A DNA stretch of 64,000 bases, taken from NCBI GenBank assembly GCA_027364575.1, contig DAHXPC010000008.1, positions 33,355 through 97,354 on the forward strand, read 5' to 3'. The notes beneath the pieces were generated by a model that made no database searches, was not told where the DNA came from, and worked only from the letters and a program-made list of their open reading frames with translations. The DNA is from a bacterium. GTDB lineage: Bacteria; Pseudomonadota; Gammaproteobacteria; UBA6186; Azoamicaceae. A program made the translations under genes and the position numbers. The first letter of the stretch is position 1. The number at the start of each line of letters is the position of its first letter. Positions 10,690-19,076 of this stretch are shown one piece after another.

Positions 10690-11150
10690 ACTTATCTGAT
10701 TAATTTCACGACCATGACAAAGATAATTGTCGTTCAATATATCGCTTCAGAAAAGCCTTTAAGCCATCAACGCAGGTAATTAAAATATCCCTTACGCCTC
10801 GCGCTTTTAGATCATTTAAAACCGCTAGTCAGAAATGAGAACCTTCGCTCTCTGCTGTATAAAAACTAGGGGTGTTTTTATATTTCTCCCGGTTAATACC
10901 GAGGATATTGCAGGCAGTGTTAGAGAGAGATTTAATCACACTGTGCGTCTTAAAAAAATTGTTTAAATAGACTTTAACAAACGCTCAATTGCAGCGTGCA
11001 GTTATAAGCGGTAGCAATTTATCCGTGATTTTGTTCAATAGGCCTTCAGATATCTCCACCCATATCTTTCCTGCATATAAGAGCAGATATCGTGATGACT
11101 TACACCAAGACTATCTAAGTCAATGATATTTTCATCAAAGTAATCATGAA
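10690..11150 (-). mobile_element. IS256-family transposase remnant (central part, decayed)
   Basis: Minus-strand translation across frames gives LGVSHHDICSYMQERYG..., ITDKLLPLITAR..., NILGINREKYKNTP...AESEGSHF*LAVLNDLKARGVRDILITCVDGLKAF. These blocks are collinear with the IS256 transposase core and interrupted by stops. Confidence 0.7.
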
Positions 11151-11173
11151 ATATTCTTCTGTCTCATTAACCC

Positions 11174-11216
11174 AATAAAAAGCAGTTACCTACCTAGTCA
11201 CATGGTAAGTAACTGC
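11174..11216 (-). terminator. rho-independent terminator of the KGG gene pair
   Basis: On the minus strand GCAGTTACTTACC-loop-GGTAGGTAACTGC forms a 13-bp stem with one G-U pair, followed by TTTTTATT. It lies 27 nt after the stop at 11243. Confidence 0.7.
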
Positions 11217-11242
11217 GACAATTTTTTACAATAATTCAATGA

Positions 11243-11389
11243 TTACTCTTCTGATTTACCTTTCGTATTTCTGCCGCCCCCATGGCTATGTTGCCCCCCT
11301 TTAGCGGCAGCCTCCCGAGTTTTTTCTTTGGGCATTGCGGCGAAACCTCGTTTGGTCCCGCTTTTTTGGCCTGTTGTTTTGTTTGGCAT
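11243..11389 (-). CDS. small KGG-repeat stress-induced protein (48 aa, below ORF-track cutoff)
   Basis: ATG at 11389 with AGGAGAT 6-7 nt upstream. Translation MPNKTTGQKSGTKRGFAAMPKEKTREAAAKGGQHSHGGGRNTKGKSEE carries the RGFA.M....re.a.KGG motif of YciG/KGG proteins. Confidence 0.6.
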   Translation of the reverse strand: MPNKTTGQKSGTKRGFAAMPKEKTREAAAKGGQHSHGGGRNTKGKSEE

Positions 11390-11436
11390 GCTATATCTCC
11401 TATTTAAAAGTTAATATTCATTAATGAGAGGAAAAT

Positions 11437-11763
11437 TTATTCTTCGTCCTCTTCATCTTTACGAGTATTACCTCGAGCTTCGCCTCCTTTCCGGCCACGT
11501 TCAGCCATTTCATCATGGCCGGCACGTTCCGTAGAAACTTGCCCACCTTTTTGTCCCATTTTAGAATAGCCTTCTGGCCCCAACTCTTCTTTTCTCGCTT
11601 CCCCGCCTGCTTTCCCTCTTTCCGACATTCCTTCATGTCCTGCTTTACTAGCGCTAGCTTCACCCCCTTTTTTTGCGATTTCTTCAACTTGTTCGGGAGA
11701 CATTGAGCCAAAGCCACGTGAAGAGTTACCGCCGTTATCTTGAGTCGTGTTTCTGTTTGGCAT
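11437..11763 (-). CDS. KGG-repeat general stress protein (YciG-like)
   Basis: 108 aa with RGFGSMSPEQVEEIAKKGGEA followed by repeated KGG/GGE units. AGGAGG RBS. Acidic tail DEEDEE. Confidence 0.8.
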   Translation of the reverse strand: MPNRNTTQDNGGNSSRGFGSMSPEQVEEIAKKGGEASASKAGHEGMSERGKAGGEARKEELGPEGYSKMGQKGGQVSTERAGHDEMAERGRKGGEARGNTRKDEEDEE

Positions 11764-11902
11764 GTTAACCTCCTATAAATTAATTAACACTAAAATTAAT
11801 AATGCACAAACTTATTTTGCGCCGCGAATTATAGTTTTTCAAGAGGTTTTCGGTTGTTCCTTTGTACAGGGGCAAAGTGTTTTCGTATACTATTCAGCAA
11901 TT

Positions 11903-11924
11903 AACAGCTGTTTTTACAGCTGTT
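11903..11924. repeat. perfect 9-bp inverted repeat AACAGCTGT-TTTT-ACAGCTGTT
   Basis: Read directly from the sequence, about 140 nt upstream of the KGG gene start and 230 nt downstream of the 251-aa ORF stop. Candidate operator or hairpin. Confidence 0.4.
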
Positions 11925-12151
11925 ATAAATTGTAACTTTATCCTATTCGTATATGTGCTTTGAAATTAAAAATTGAATTCATATTATTTATAGTAAATAC
12001 TTCATTACATTCTTTAGGAGAAATGATGTTTATGGAAGCACTACAGTGCGCAGGACTTACAAAAATTTGCCAACTAAAAACAATATAATGTTTGGCGTTA
12101 CGTAAAATGGTAATAATAAGGCGTTCGCCTCTAAAGGCCTACTAAATGCAT

Positions 12152-12907
12152 TTAACGAATGGAAAAATATTGCCAGGACAAAAATAAGACTATCTGACTT
12201 TTTATACGGCTGTTCACGCGTGAGTAATTTATGTAAACATGTAACCTCGGATTGCTTTCAAGCAAGCACGCTCTATTTCTATAACGCAACAAATATGTTT
12301 GCTCACTTTTTGGTTTATTATGTGGGAATCTTTCATTAGACTGAAAAACCCCTTCCAGCTTTTCAAATATATTTTTAACTTCTTCAATACTGAGATTTAT
12401 CCCAATACCCAACTCACCGTTTGAAATACAGGTTTTAGGATCAAAATTTTTTGAGGGTGTCAAAACAAAATTTTCCCCCTCGAGGCTTAACTCGTACCCT
12501 ACTTTAATACATGCACTTATTTCTCTTGCGAAAGCAGAAAAATGTTCTGATTTTTTCACTTCAGCCCTATATCTATTTTCTTTTTTTGTCACATCACTAA
12601 GAATGATAAATTTATTACCTTTTTTGAGGTGTGCTAATAGCCAAGTTAAATTAGTATTCCAACAATGAAAGAACGTAGGATGGTCAATGGCATTTTTCTC
12701 TTTTAGATTGACAATTGGAATATTATTATAATTAAAAAAATGTTGTTCTGCTAGTTGTTCGATTGCCATGGCTAGATCCTTAGAAGTAAAATATTTATCA
12801 GATGTCATGGGTCTATCAACTATGGTTTTTATAGCTTCTAGCTTTATTAGTTTGTTAATAAAAATGTCAAATATTTTTTCCAGATTGAACTTTATTCCTT
12901 TTAGCAC
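12152..12907 (-). CDS. hypothetical protein (orphan)
   Basis: 251-aa open frame in a very AT-rich context. The track start is a GTG; an alternative ATG at M34 begins MTSDKYF. No family recognised. Confidence 0.45.
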   Translation of the reverse strand: MLKGIKFNLEKIFDIFINKLIKLEAIKTIVDRPMTSDKYFTSKDLAMAIEQLAEQHFFNYNNIPIVNLKEKNAIDHPTFFHCWNTNLTWLLAHLKKGNKFIILSDVTKKENRYRAEVKKSEHFSAFAREISACIKVGYELSLEGENFVLTPSKNFDPKTCISNGELGIGINLSIEEVKNIFEKLEGVFQSNERFPHNKPKSEQTYLLRYRNRACLLESNPRLHVYINYSRVNSRIKSQIVLFLSWQYFSIR

Positions 12908-13047
12908 GCGAAATTATCGCCGTAGTTATCTACCAACCTTTTAGAAATCTATTCATTTACGCAGTAAAAAATCAGGTTTATCTCGCCCCAGACGAAAAAT
13001 TACATTTAACGTCTCGTTTGTTTAAGATATTTTTAACATTTAGCAAT

Positions 13048-13277
13048 CCCCTTTTTGATGCTATTATCATCAACGCTGGTGCGCCAGTCGTCCCTGCAAG
13101 CCATAAAAATACAACTGGCCATTTAGGGGCGCCTCATTATTCTCGCTGGTAAAGGATCATTTCAAAAAACGATTAAAATCGTTCATTTATATAAAGATCG
13201 TTACTAAAAAGAAACGTTGGGTGGGGTACGTTTTGTTCCCTTTAAAGGGAAAGAAGGCTGGCATGAATAAAGGGTAA
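13048..13277 (+). pseudogene. decayed duplicate of the pcm 3-prime end
   Basis: Aligns by eye with 8428..8656 (FDAIIVSAGAPVVPA...KGKEGWHE* plus 7 nt past the stop), roughly four-fifths identical. Broken by a TAG (ctg gcc att tag) and indels. Confidence 0.85.
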
Positions 13278-13295
13278 ACGAGAACCGAACCATTT

Positions 13296-14240
13296 TTAGA
13301 TCTTTGGTTTTTTCTTCACATGCAGAGTATCCGAAATTTCCGATTCTGGGTTTTTGCGTATAGTAGACTGCCCTGTCTTAAAAGATCCGCTAAAAGCCAA
13401 AAAAGTTTTTTCCGATAACCGGGTACGTATTTTTTGTTTAGCTGCTTTCGTCAACGCCAATGGCTCCCCCTTTGGGATAGCTTTTTGAGCTGTCATTACA
13501 CATTCTATCGCTTGTTGGCTTGCCTTTCTATAATCTGTATTCATTTTCAGCCCTTCCGCAGAGGTAGATTTGGATTGTAAATATTTTGCAACCTTATTAA
13601 AGGTTATTTTATCAAAACTTGGAATGGCGTAGGGGTGAGCGGCAAGTACCAACATGAATTTCATGAGCGCTTTTTTAGGATCGGTTTCTTGAATTTCAAT
13701 ATCTAAGTCTTTAATATTTTCTTTAGCCGCTTGGTTTTTTGCTTGATTAGATTCTATCTTTAATCGTTTTTCGAGCGAAAGTATATTCCTATTTTCAGCT
13801 TCAAGACTAAGCTCCGCAGCCATAATCTGCTTAAGATTAGGTTTGAAAAGCTTTTTAATTGGGTCGGTAATCAGCGTTTTGAAAGAAAATGGGAGTAAAG
13901 CCGGCAAGCTTGATAATAAAACAATTGGTCCAACAAATATAGCCGTCAGTGCTTTCAAAAGATAAGAATTTTTAGCTAAACTATACGCCATAAGTCCCAT
14001 AGCGCCTTTGAAGGTATTGAGTGGATTAAGTGATTTTCGTGCAACAAACCCTAGCAGTGCAATTGGGGCAAGTAGGATTAAGGCAAGGGAAGCCGCTCCC
14101 TTTTTTAAAGGGTTTCCTTTCTTTTTCATTAAGATCCCAACTAAAGCTCCGCCCATTTGTTCGATGGGATTATAATCAAGCATTCGCTGCAATATATTAG
14201 GCTTATCCTTCGACAAAGCCGCTTGAAACCGAAGGGTCAA
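13296..14240 (-). CDS. hypothetical membrane protein with coiled-coil segment
   Basis: 314-aa ORF with several hydrophobic helices in aa ~30-125, a charged helical stretch (AAELSLEAENRNILSLEKRLKIESNQAKNQAAKENIKD) and a basic tail. The track start is a TTG inside a repeat; the ATG at 14183 is an alternative. Confidence 0.5.
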   Translation of the reverse strand: MTLRFQAALSKDKPNILQRMLDYNPIEQMGGALVGILMKKKGNPLKKGAASLALILLAPIALLGFVARKSLNPLNTFKGAMGLMAYSLAKNSYLLKALTAIFVGPIVLLSSLPALLPFSFKTLITDPIKKLFKPNLKQIMAAELSLEAENRNILSLEKRLKIESNQAKNQAAKENIKDLDIEIQETDPKKALMKFMLVLAAHPYAIPSFDKITFNKVAKYLQSKSTSAEGLKMNTDYRKASQQAIECVMTAQKAIPKGEPLALTKAAKQKIRTRLSEKTFLAFSGSFKTGQSTIRKNPESEISDTLHVKKKPKI

Positions 14241-14472
14241 GTCTGACCTTTAACGCAGGCGGCCCTTTCAGCGCTGAAAATCAATTAGCCAATACTCAAG
14301 CTGGATTTCTCGTCCTTTTAGATTCCCTGTCTATTGGAAAAATCGAGAGTCTAAAATCTGATAACGACACTTAATCCTCTACCAGATTAAAGAAATACAC
14401 TCGCTTGCCGCTTTGTGGCAAGCGAGTGACACTATTAAAAACTACAATTAGTCAAGGGTTAGACTTGACCCC
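14233..14472. mobile_element. MITE-like element with ~21-nt imperfect terminal inverted repeats
   Basis: GGGTCAAGTCTGACCTTTAAC at 14234-14254 pairs with the reverse complement of 14448-14472 (GGGGTCAAGTCTAACCCTTGACTAA). The ~195-bp interior is non-coding. Confidence 0.45.
14398..14428 (-). terminator. probable secA-mutT terminator
   Basis: 12-bp GC-rich stem CACTCGCTTGCC / GGCAAGCGAGTG with a 7-nt loop, followed on the minus strand by TATTTCTTTAAT. Lies 20 nt after the mutT stop. Confidence 0.55.
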
Positions 14473-14909
14473 TCTGCGAAAAGATGGTTGAACAAAAAAA
14501 TTTCCACCAATTTTTTATTGGCTTCAAGAAAAGAATAATTTGAAAGTGTATTAATATCTACCCATTGGATTTGTTGCCCTTCTAAACCAATGGCTTGTCC
14601 TATATAGCTTTCTACGATGAAGACTTCTAATAAGACATCGTATTCTGCATAGCGATAAGGATATTGAGTGAGTTTATGATAGGTTAAAACGTCTAGATTA
14701 ACTTCTTCTTTTAATTCACGAATTAGCGCCGCTTCTGGAGATTCATATTGCTCAATCTTCCCACCCGGAAACTCCCAAAATCCACCCCCGACTTTATTAG
14801 ACGGTCTTTTGGAAATCAGAATACGATTTTCACTGTCGATTATCATGCCAACAGAAACATGCACCCTGTTGGGCAACGGATGCATGTTCATGTCCATATA
14901 GGAAAGCAA
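14448..14909 (-). CDS. mutT: 8-oxo-dGTP diphosphatase (Nudix)
   Basis: Nudix box GGKIEQYESPEAALIRELKEEVNL. Sits directly downstream of secA as in E. coli. Confidence 0.85.
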   Translation of the reverse strand: MLSYMDMNMHPLPNRVHVSVGMIIDSENRILISKRPSNKVGGGFWEFPGGKIEQYESPEAALIRELKEEVNLDVLTYHKLTQYPYRYAEYDVLLEVFIVESYIGQAIGLEGQQIQWVDINTLSNYSFLEANKKLVEIFLFNHLFAEGSSLTLD

Positions 14910-14912
14910 TCC

Positions 14913-17612
14913 TTATACCAATTTCCCGTGGCAGGCTTTATATTTTCGCCCGGAACCACAAGGACAAACTTCATTGCGCCCAACCTTAGGCTGCTCCCGC
15001 GTATAGGTTGGAGCATTGATGGCTTCCTGATTCTCTTCGATTACCAAACTTTCTGTGGGTACTGCAACCATGGGTGCTTCTGCGTGGGTATATTGTAAAT
15101 TTTGTGGCTCGTGATCGCGCCATTGCTGATTAATCGCTTCCACATCTGATTCAGTTTTGAATTGAACACGCGTAATCACACTAATGGTTTCACGCTTCAG
15201 CTGTTCTAACATATCGGAGAAAAGACCAAAGGCTTCTCTTTTATATTCCTGCTTAGGATCTTTCTGAGCGTAGCCACGCAAATGAATGCTTTGACGCATA
15301 TAATCCATCGCAGCTAAATGTTCACGCCATTGGCTATCCAATACACTTAACATCACACTTTTTTCTAATTGCCGCATCGCTGGCGGACCCATGTCTGCCT
15401 CTTTGGCCTCATGGATTTGGCTAAACAATTCTAAAACCTTAGCCTTTATCCCTTCATCATCTAAGTGCGAATTCTGCGCGAGCAATGTCGCAACATTAAA
15501 GGGTATTCCATATTCGTTATCCAACTCGAGTTCCAACCCAGCCATGTCCCATTGTTCTTCGAAACTTTGCGGTGGTATATGTTGAGAAACCAACGCATCG
15601 ACAACATCTTGACGGATGGCTTTGATGATATCAGCAACATCATTTTCTGCTAATAATTCATTACGCTGTTGATAAATCACTTTACGCTGATCATTGGCAA
15701 CATCATCAAATTCTAATAATTGTTTTCTGACATCAAAATTATGCCCTTCAACTTTACGCTGTGCATTTTCAACCGCACGCGTCACCCAGGGATGTGTCAA
15801 CACTTCGCCATCTTTTAAACCCAATCGGCTTAAGAGAGAGGAAATATTATCAGAAACAAAAATACGCATTAAATTATCTTTAAGCGATAAATAAAAGCGG
15901 GTGGATCCAGGATCGCCTTGGCGCGCTGAACGTCCTCTTAATTGATTATCAATTCGACGGGACTCATGCCGCTCTGTACCAATAATATGTAAACCACCGG
16001 CTTTAATGACCTCGTCATGCCGTATTTGCCATTCGCGCTTTTCTGCGTCACTGGCATCCGCGGTTAATTTACCGCCCCCCAGTACGATATCTGTACCACG
16101 ACCCGCCATATTCGTTGCAATCGTTACAGCACCGGGTCGACCCGCTTCCGCCACAATTTGCGCTTCACGCTCATGTTGCTTGGCATTCAATACTTGATGG
16201 GCAATCCCTTTTTGCTTCAATAAATTGGATAAATATTCTGAAGTTTCGATAGAAATAGTACCCACTAAAACAGGTTGCTGTTTTTTCACACAAGATTCGA
16301 TATTTTCAATAATAGCAGCAAATTTTTCTTCTTGCGTTAAATAAATGAAGTCTCCCTGATCCTGTCGCAGACTCGGACGATTAGTGGGCATCACCACAAC
16401 TTCTAAGCCATAGATTTGCTGGAACTCATAGGCCTCTGTATCTGCCGTACCCGTCATCCCCGCCAACTTTTCATACAACCTAAAATAATTTTGAAATGTA
16501 ATGGAAGCCAATGTTTGATTTTCGCTTTCTATGGCGACATTTTCTTTGGCTTCTACTGCTTGGTGAATACCTTCAGACCAGCGACGCCCTGGCATAATAC
16601 GCCCGGTATGTTCATCGACAATCACAACTTGATTATCGCGTACAATATAATCGACGTCGCGCTTAAATAATGCATGGGCTTTAAGACCTGCATACAGATG
16701 ATGCATCAAAGAAATATTGCCCACATCATATAAACTCTCCCCAATTTTGAGGAGTCCTTCATGTGCCAATAATTTTTCGACTTTCTCATGCCCCTCTTCC
16801 GTTAGGAACACTTGTCGCGATTTCTCATCTACGCTGTAATCACCGGAACTATCTTTATCTTTTTGTTTGGCAAGCTTTGGAATCACTTGATTAATACGGG
16901 TATATAATTCAGAGCTTTCTTGATCGGCGCCCGAAATAATTAATGGGGTTCGCGCCTCATCGATTAAAATGGAATCCACTTCATCCACCACCGCAAAAAA
17001 TTGCCGTCGTTGTACACGCTCTTCAGAAGAGAACACCATATTATCGCGTAAATAATCAAAACCAAATTCATTATTGGTACCATAGGTGATATCGGCAGCA
17101 TAGGCAGCTTGCCTTTCTTCCCGACTTAATCCGTGCACAATAACGCCAACACTTAGTCCTAAAAATTCATAGATGGGTTGATTCCATTCCGCATCCCTTT
17201 TTGCCAAATAATCATTCACCGTCACTAAATGGGTTCCTTTACCCGGAAGGGCATTTAAATATAAAGGTAATGTTGCGACCAGTGTTTTTCCTTCACCGGT
17301 ACGCATTTCTGCAATTTTCCCTTCATGCAATACCATGCCGCCGATTAATTGGACATCAAAATGCCGCATATTCAGAATTCTTCTCGAGGCTTCTCGAACA
17401 ACGGCAAAAGCTTCTGGCAGAAGTTGATCTAAGGTTTCCCCAGCGGATAGCCTGTTTCTAAACTCTACGGTTTTCCTCTGAAGCGCTTCATCGGATAAGG
17501 CCTTAACACTGGGTTCAAGGGCATTAATCACATCAACTACTTTTCTTAATCGTTTTAATAATCGATCATTTCTCGAGCCAAAGGTCTTTTTAACTAGATT
17601 GGTAATAAACAT
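14913..17612 (-). CDS. secA: preprotein translocase ATPase SecA
   Basis: 899 aa with [12 protein letters not shown]alker [20 protein letters not shown] and the C-terminal zinc motif [14 protein letters not shown]. Confidence 0.98.
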   Translation of the reverse strand: MFITNLVKKTFGSRNDRLLKRLRKVVDVINALEPSVKALSDEALQRKTVEFRNRLSAGETLDQLLPEAFAVVREASRRILNMRHFDVQLIGGMVLHEGKIAEMRTGEGKTLVATLPLYLNALPGKGTHLVTVNDYLAKRDAEWNQPIYEFLGLSVGVIVHGLSREERQAAYAADITYGTNNEFGFDYLRDNMVFSSEERVQRRQFFAVVDEVDSILIDEARTPLIISGADQESSELYTRINQVIPKLAKQKDKDSSGDYSVDEKSRQVFLTEEGHEKVEKLLAHEGLLKIGESLYDVGNISLMHHLYAGLKAHALFKRDVDYIVRDNQVVIVDEHTGRIMPGRRWSEGIHQAVEAKENVAIESENQTLASITFQNYFRLYEKLAGMTGTADTEAYEFQQIYGLEVVVMPTNRPSLRQDQGDFIYLTQEEKFAAIIENIESCVKKQQPVLVGTISIETSEYLSNLLKQKGIAHQVLNAKQHEREAQIVAEAGRPGAVTIATNMAGRGTDIVLGGGKLTADASDAEKREWQIRHDEVIKAGGLHIIGTERHESRRIDNQLRGRSARQGDPGSTRFYLSLKDNLMRIFVSDNISSLLSRLGLKDGEVLTHPWVTRAVENAQRKVEGHNFDVRKQLLEFDDVANDQRKVIYQQRNELLAENDVADIIKAIRQDVVDALVSQHIPPQSFEEQWDMAGLELELDNEYGIPFNVATLLAQNSHLDDEGIKAKVLELFSQIHEAKEADMGPPAMRQLEKSVMLSVLDSQWREHLAAMDYMRQSIHLRGYAQKDPKQEYKREAFGLFSDMLEQLKRETISVITRVQFKTESDVEAINQQWRDHEPQNLQYTHAEAPMVAVPTESLVIEENQEAINAPTYTREQPKVGRNEVCPCGSGRKYKACHGKLV

Positions 17613-17647
17613 GGTATTTTGCGCCTACTTAATTTAAGATTAGCCCA

Positions 17648-18109
17648 ATGAAGGGACATAAAAAAATCTCACTCACCGACATACTGATCCAATCGCCTGT
17701 CTTTAGCGAGATGGCCAGTAAAGTCGAACAATTATCCAAATTAAATTATATTGTACATCAGAAATTGGCTCCGGATCTTGCAAAACATTGCCGTGTTGCA
17801 AATCTACGCGATGGGATCCTTATTTTAACCACGACTTCTCCTACTTATGGCCATTTGCTTCGCTTCTCAGAAGTAGACTTACTTACTGAATTGAGAGCAG
17901 ATCCACGTTGGTGTCATCTAAAATCCATCAAGACCCATGTTAGACCGCCGATTGGAGAAGCTAAGCATCCTAAAGATATTCTTCCTAAACCTTTCCTGTC
18001 TGTTCTCAATGCTGCGGTGATTGAAACCACAGCCTCGTATATCGCTCCTTCTTCTTTACAAAAAGCCTTACTACGGCTTTCTAAGCGGGTTTCCTTACCC
18101 ATTCTTTAA
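17648..18109 (+). CDS. DUF721 (DciA-like) protein
   Basis: 153 aa. The segment LAKHCRVANLRDGILILTTTSPTYGHLLRF fits the DUF721 pattern, and the position between lpxC and secA is conserved. Confidence 0.55.
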   Translation: MKGHKKISLTDILIQSPVFSEMASKVEQLSKLNYIVHQKLAPDLAKHCRVANLRDGILILTTTSPTYGHLLRFSEVDLLTELRADPRWCHLKSIKTHVRPPIGEAKHPKDILPKPFLSVLNAAVIETTASYIAPSSLQKALLRLSKRVSLPIL

Positions 18110-18164
18110 TTTTACGCCTCTTAACGAGGCGTATAGGATAAGTCAGCAAAAATTAAAAACGGTG

Positions 18165-19076
18165 TTAAGCTGCTGTTGCAGGATATAAATAGGTAATCGG
18201 TGAAATAGTCGTATCTTCAAAAGTGACAATTTCCCAAGCCGATTTTTTGGCCAATAATGCCTGCAATAGCTGATTATTTAAAGTATGGCCGGATTTAAAT
18301 CCACGGAACGCACCGATCAGACCTGTGCCTAAAAGATACATATCGCCGACTGCATCTAAGATTTTATGCTTAACCAATTCATCTTCATACCGCAAACCAT
18401 CTTCATTGATTACGCGATAATCGTCTAATACAATTGCATTATTCAAGCTACCGCCAAGGGCTAAATTGTTTGCCCTTAACCATTCATACTCAGATAAAAA
18501 TCCAAATGTCCGTGCACGGCTAACTTCTTTCACATAAGCCGTCGTCGAAAAATCTAAGGTGGCTTCTTGCACACTATTTTTCAAAACTGGGTGATCATAA
18601 TCTAAGGTAAAGGATACTTTAAAACCATCGTAGGGTTCTAAACTTACCCATTTATCCCCATCCGTCACTTTCACGGTATTTTTAATACGCAAAAATCGCT
18701 TTGCCGCAGTTTGTTCTAAAATGCCTGCAGATTGTAGTAAAAATACAAAAGGTCCAGCACTGCCATCCATAATAGGCACTTCAGAAGCACTCACTTCAAC
18801 AATGGCATTATCAATGCCTAATCCGGCCATTGCCGATAACAAATGCTCAACCGTCGCTACCCGAACCCCATCTTTGATTAAAGTGGTTGAAAGTGTCGTA
18901 TCTCCGACATTTTCTGTTCTGGCCGCAATTTCGACAACCGGATCTAAATCAACTCGTCTAAAGACAATTCCGGCATCAACAGGGGCAGGTTTTAACGTTA
19001 AAAAAACCTTTTCTCCGGTATGAAGCCCAACCCCCATTGCGCGAATGGTATTTTTTAGAGTTCGTTGTTTAATCAC
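18165..19076 (-). CDS. lpxC: UDP-3-O-acyl-N-acetylglucosamine deacetylase
   Basis: The canonical N-terminus (M)[20 protein letters not shown] begins at the GTG at 19076, with GAGGGGA upstream. The track ATG at 19154 lies inside ftsZ. Confidence 0.93.
   Translation of the reverse strand: MIKQRTLKNTIRAMGVGLHTGEKVFLTLKPAPVDAGIVFRRVDLDPVVEIAARTENVGDTTLSTTLIKDGVRVATVEHLLSAMAGLGIDNAIVEVSASEVPIMDGSAGPFVFLLQSAGILEQTAAKRFLRIKNTVKVTDGDKWVSLEPYDGFKVSFTLDYDHPVLKNSVQEATLDFSTTAYVKEVSRARTFGFLSEYEWLRANNLALGGSLNNAIVLDDYRVINEDGLRYEDELVKHKILDAVGDMYLLGTGLIGAFRGFKSGHTLNNQLLQALLAKKSAWEIVTFEDTTISPITYLYPATAA

Noticed and set aside
11421-11717. 98-aa Lys-rich ORF overlapping the KGG gene in another frame.
   Set aside because: Same strand but a different frame from a gene with a clear family motif and an AGGAGG RBS. 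This is a frame artefact of the repetitive GGxxA/KK coding sequence.
18114-18132. 7-bp hairpin ACGCCTC-TTAAC-GAGGCGT between the convergent DUF721 and lpxC genes, considered as a bidirectional terminator.
   Set aside because: No T-run follows the stem on either strand, so it cannot be supported as an intrinsic terminator.
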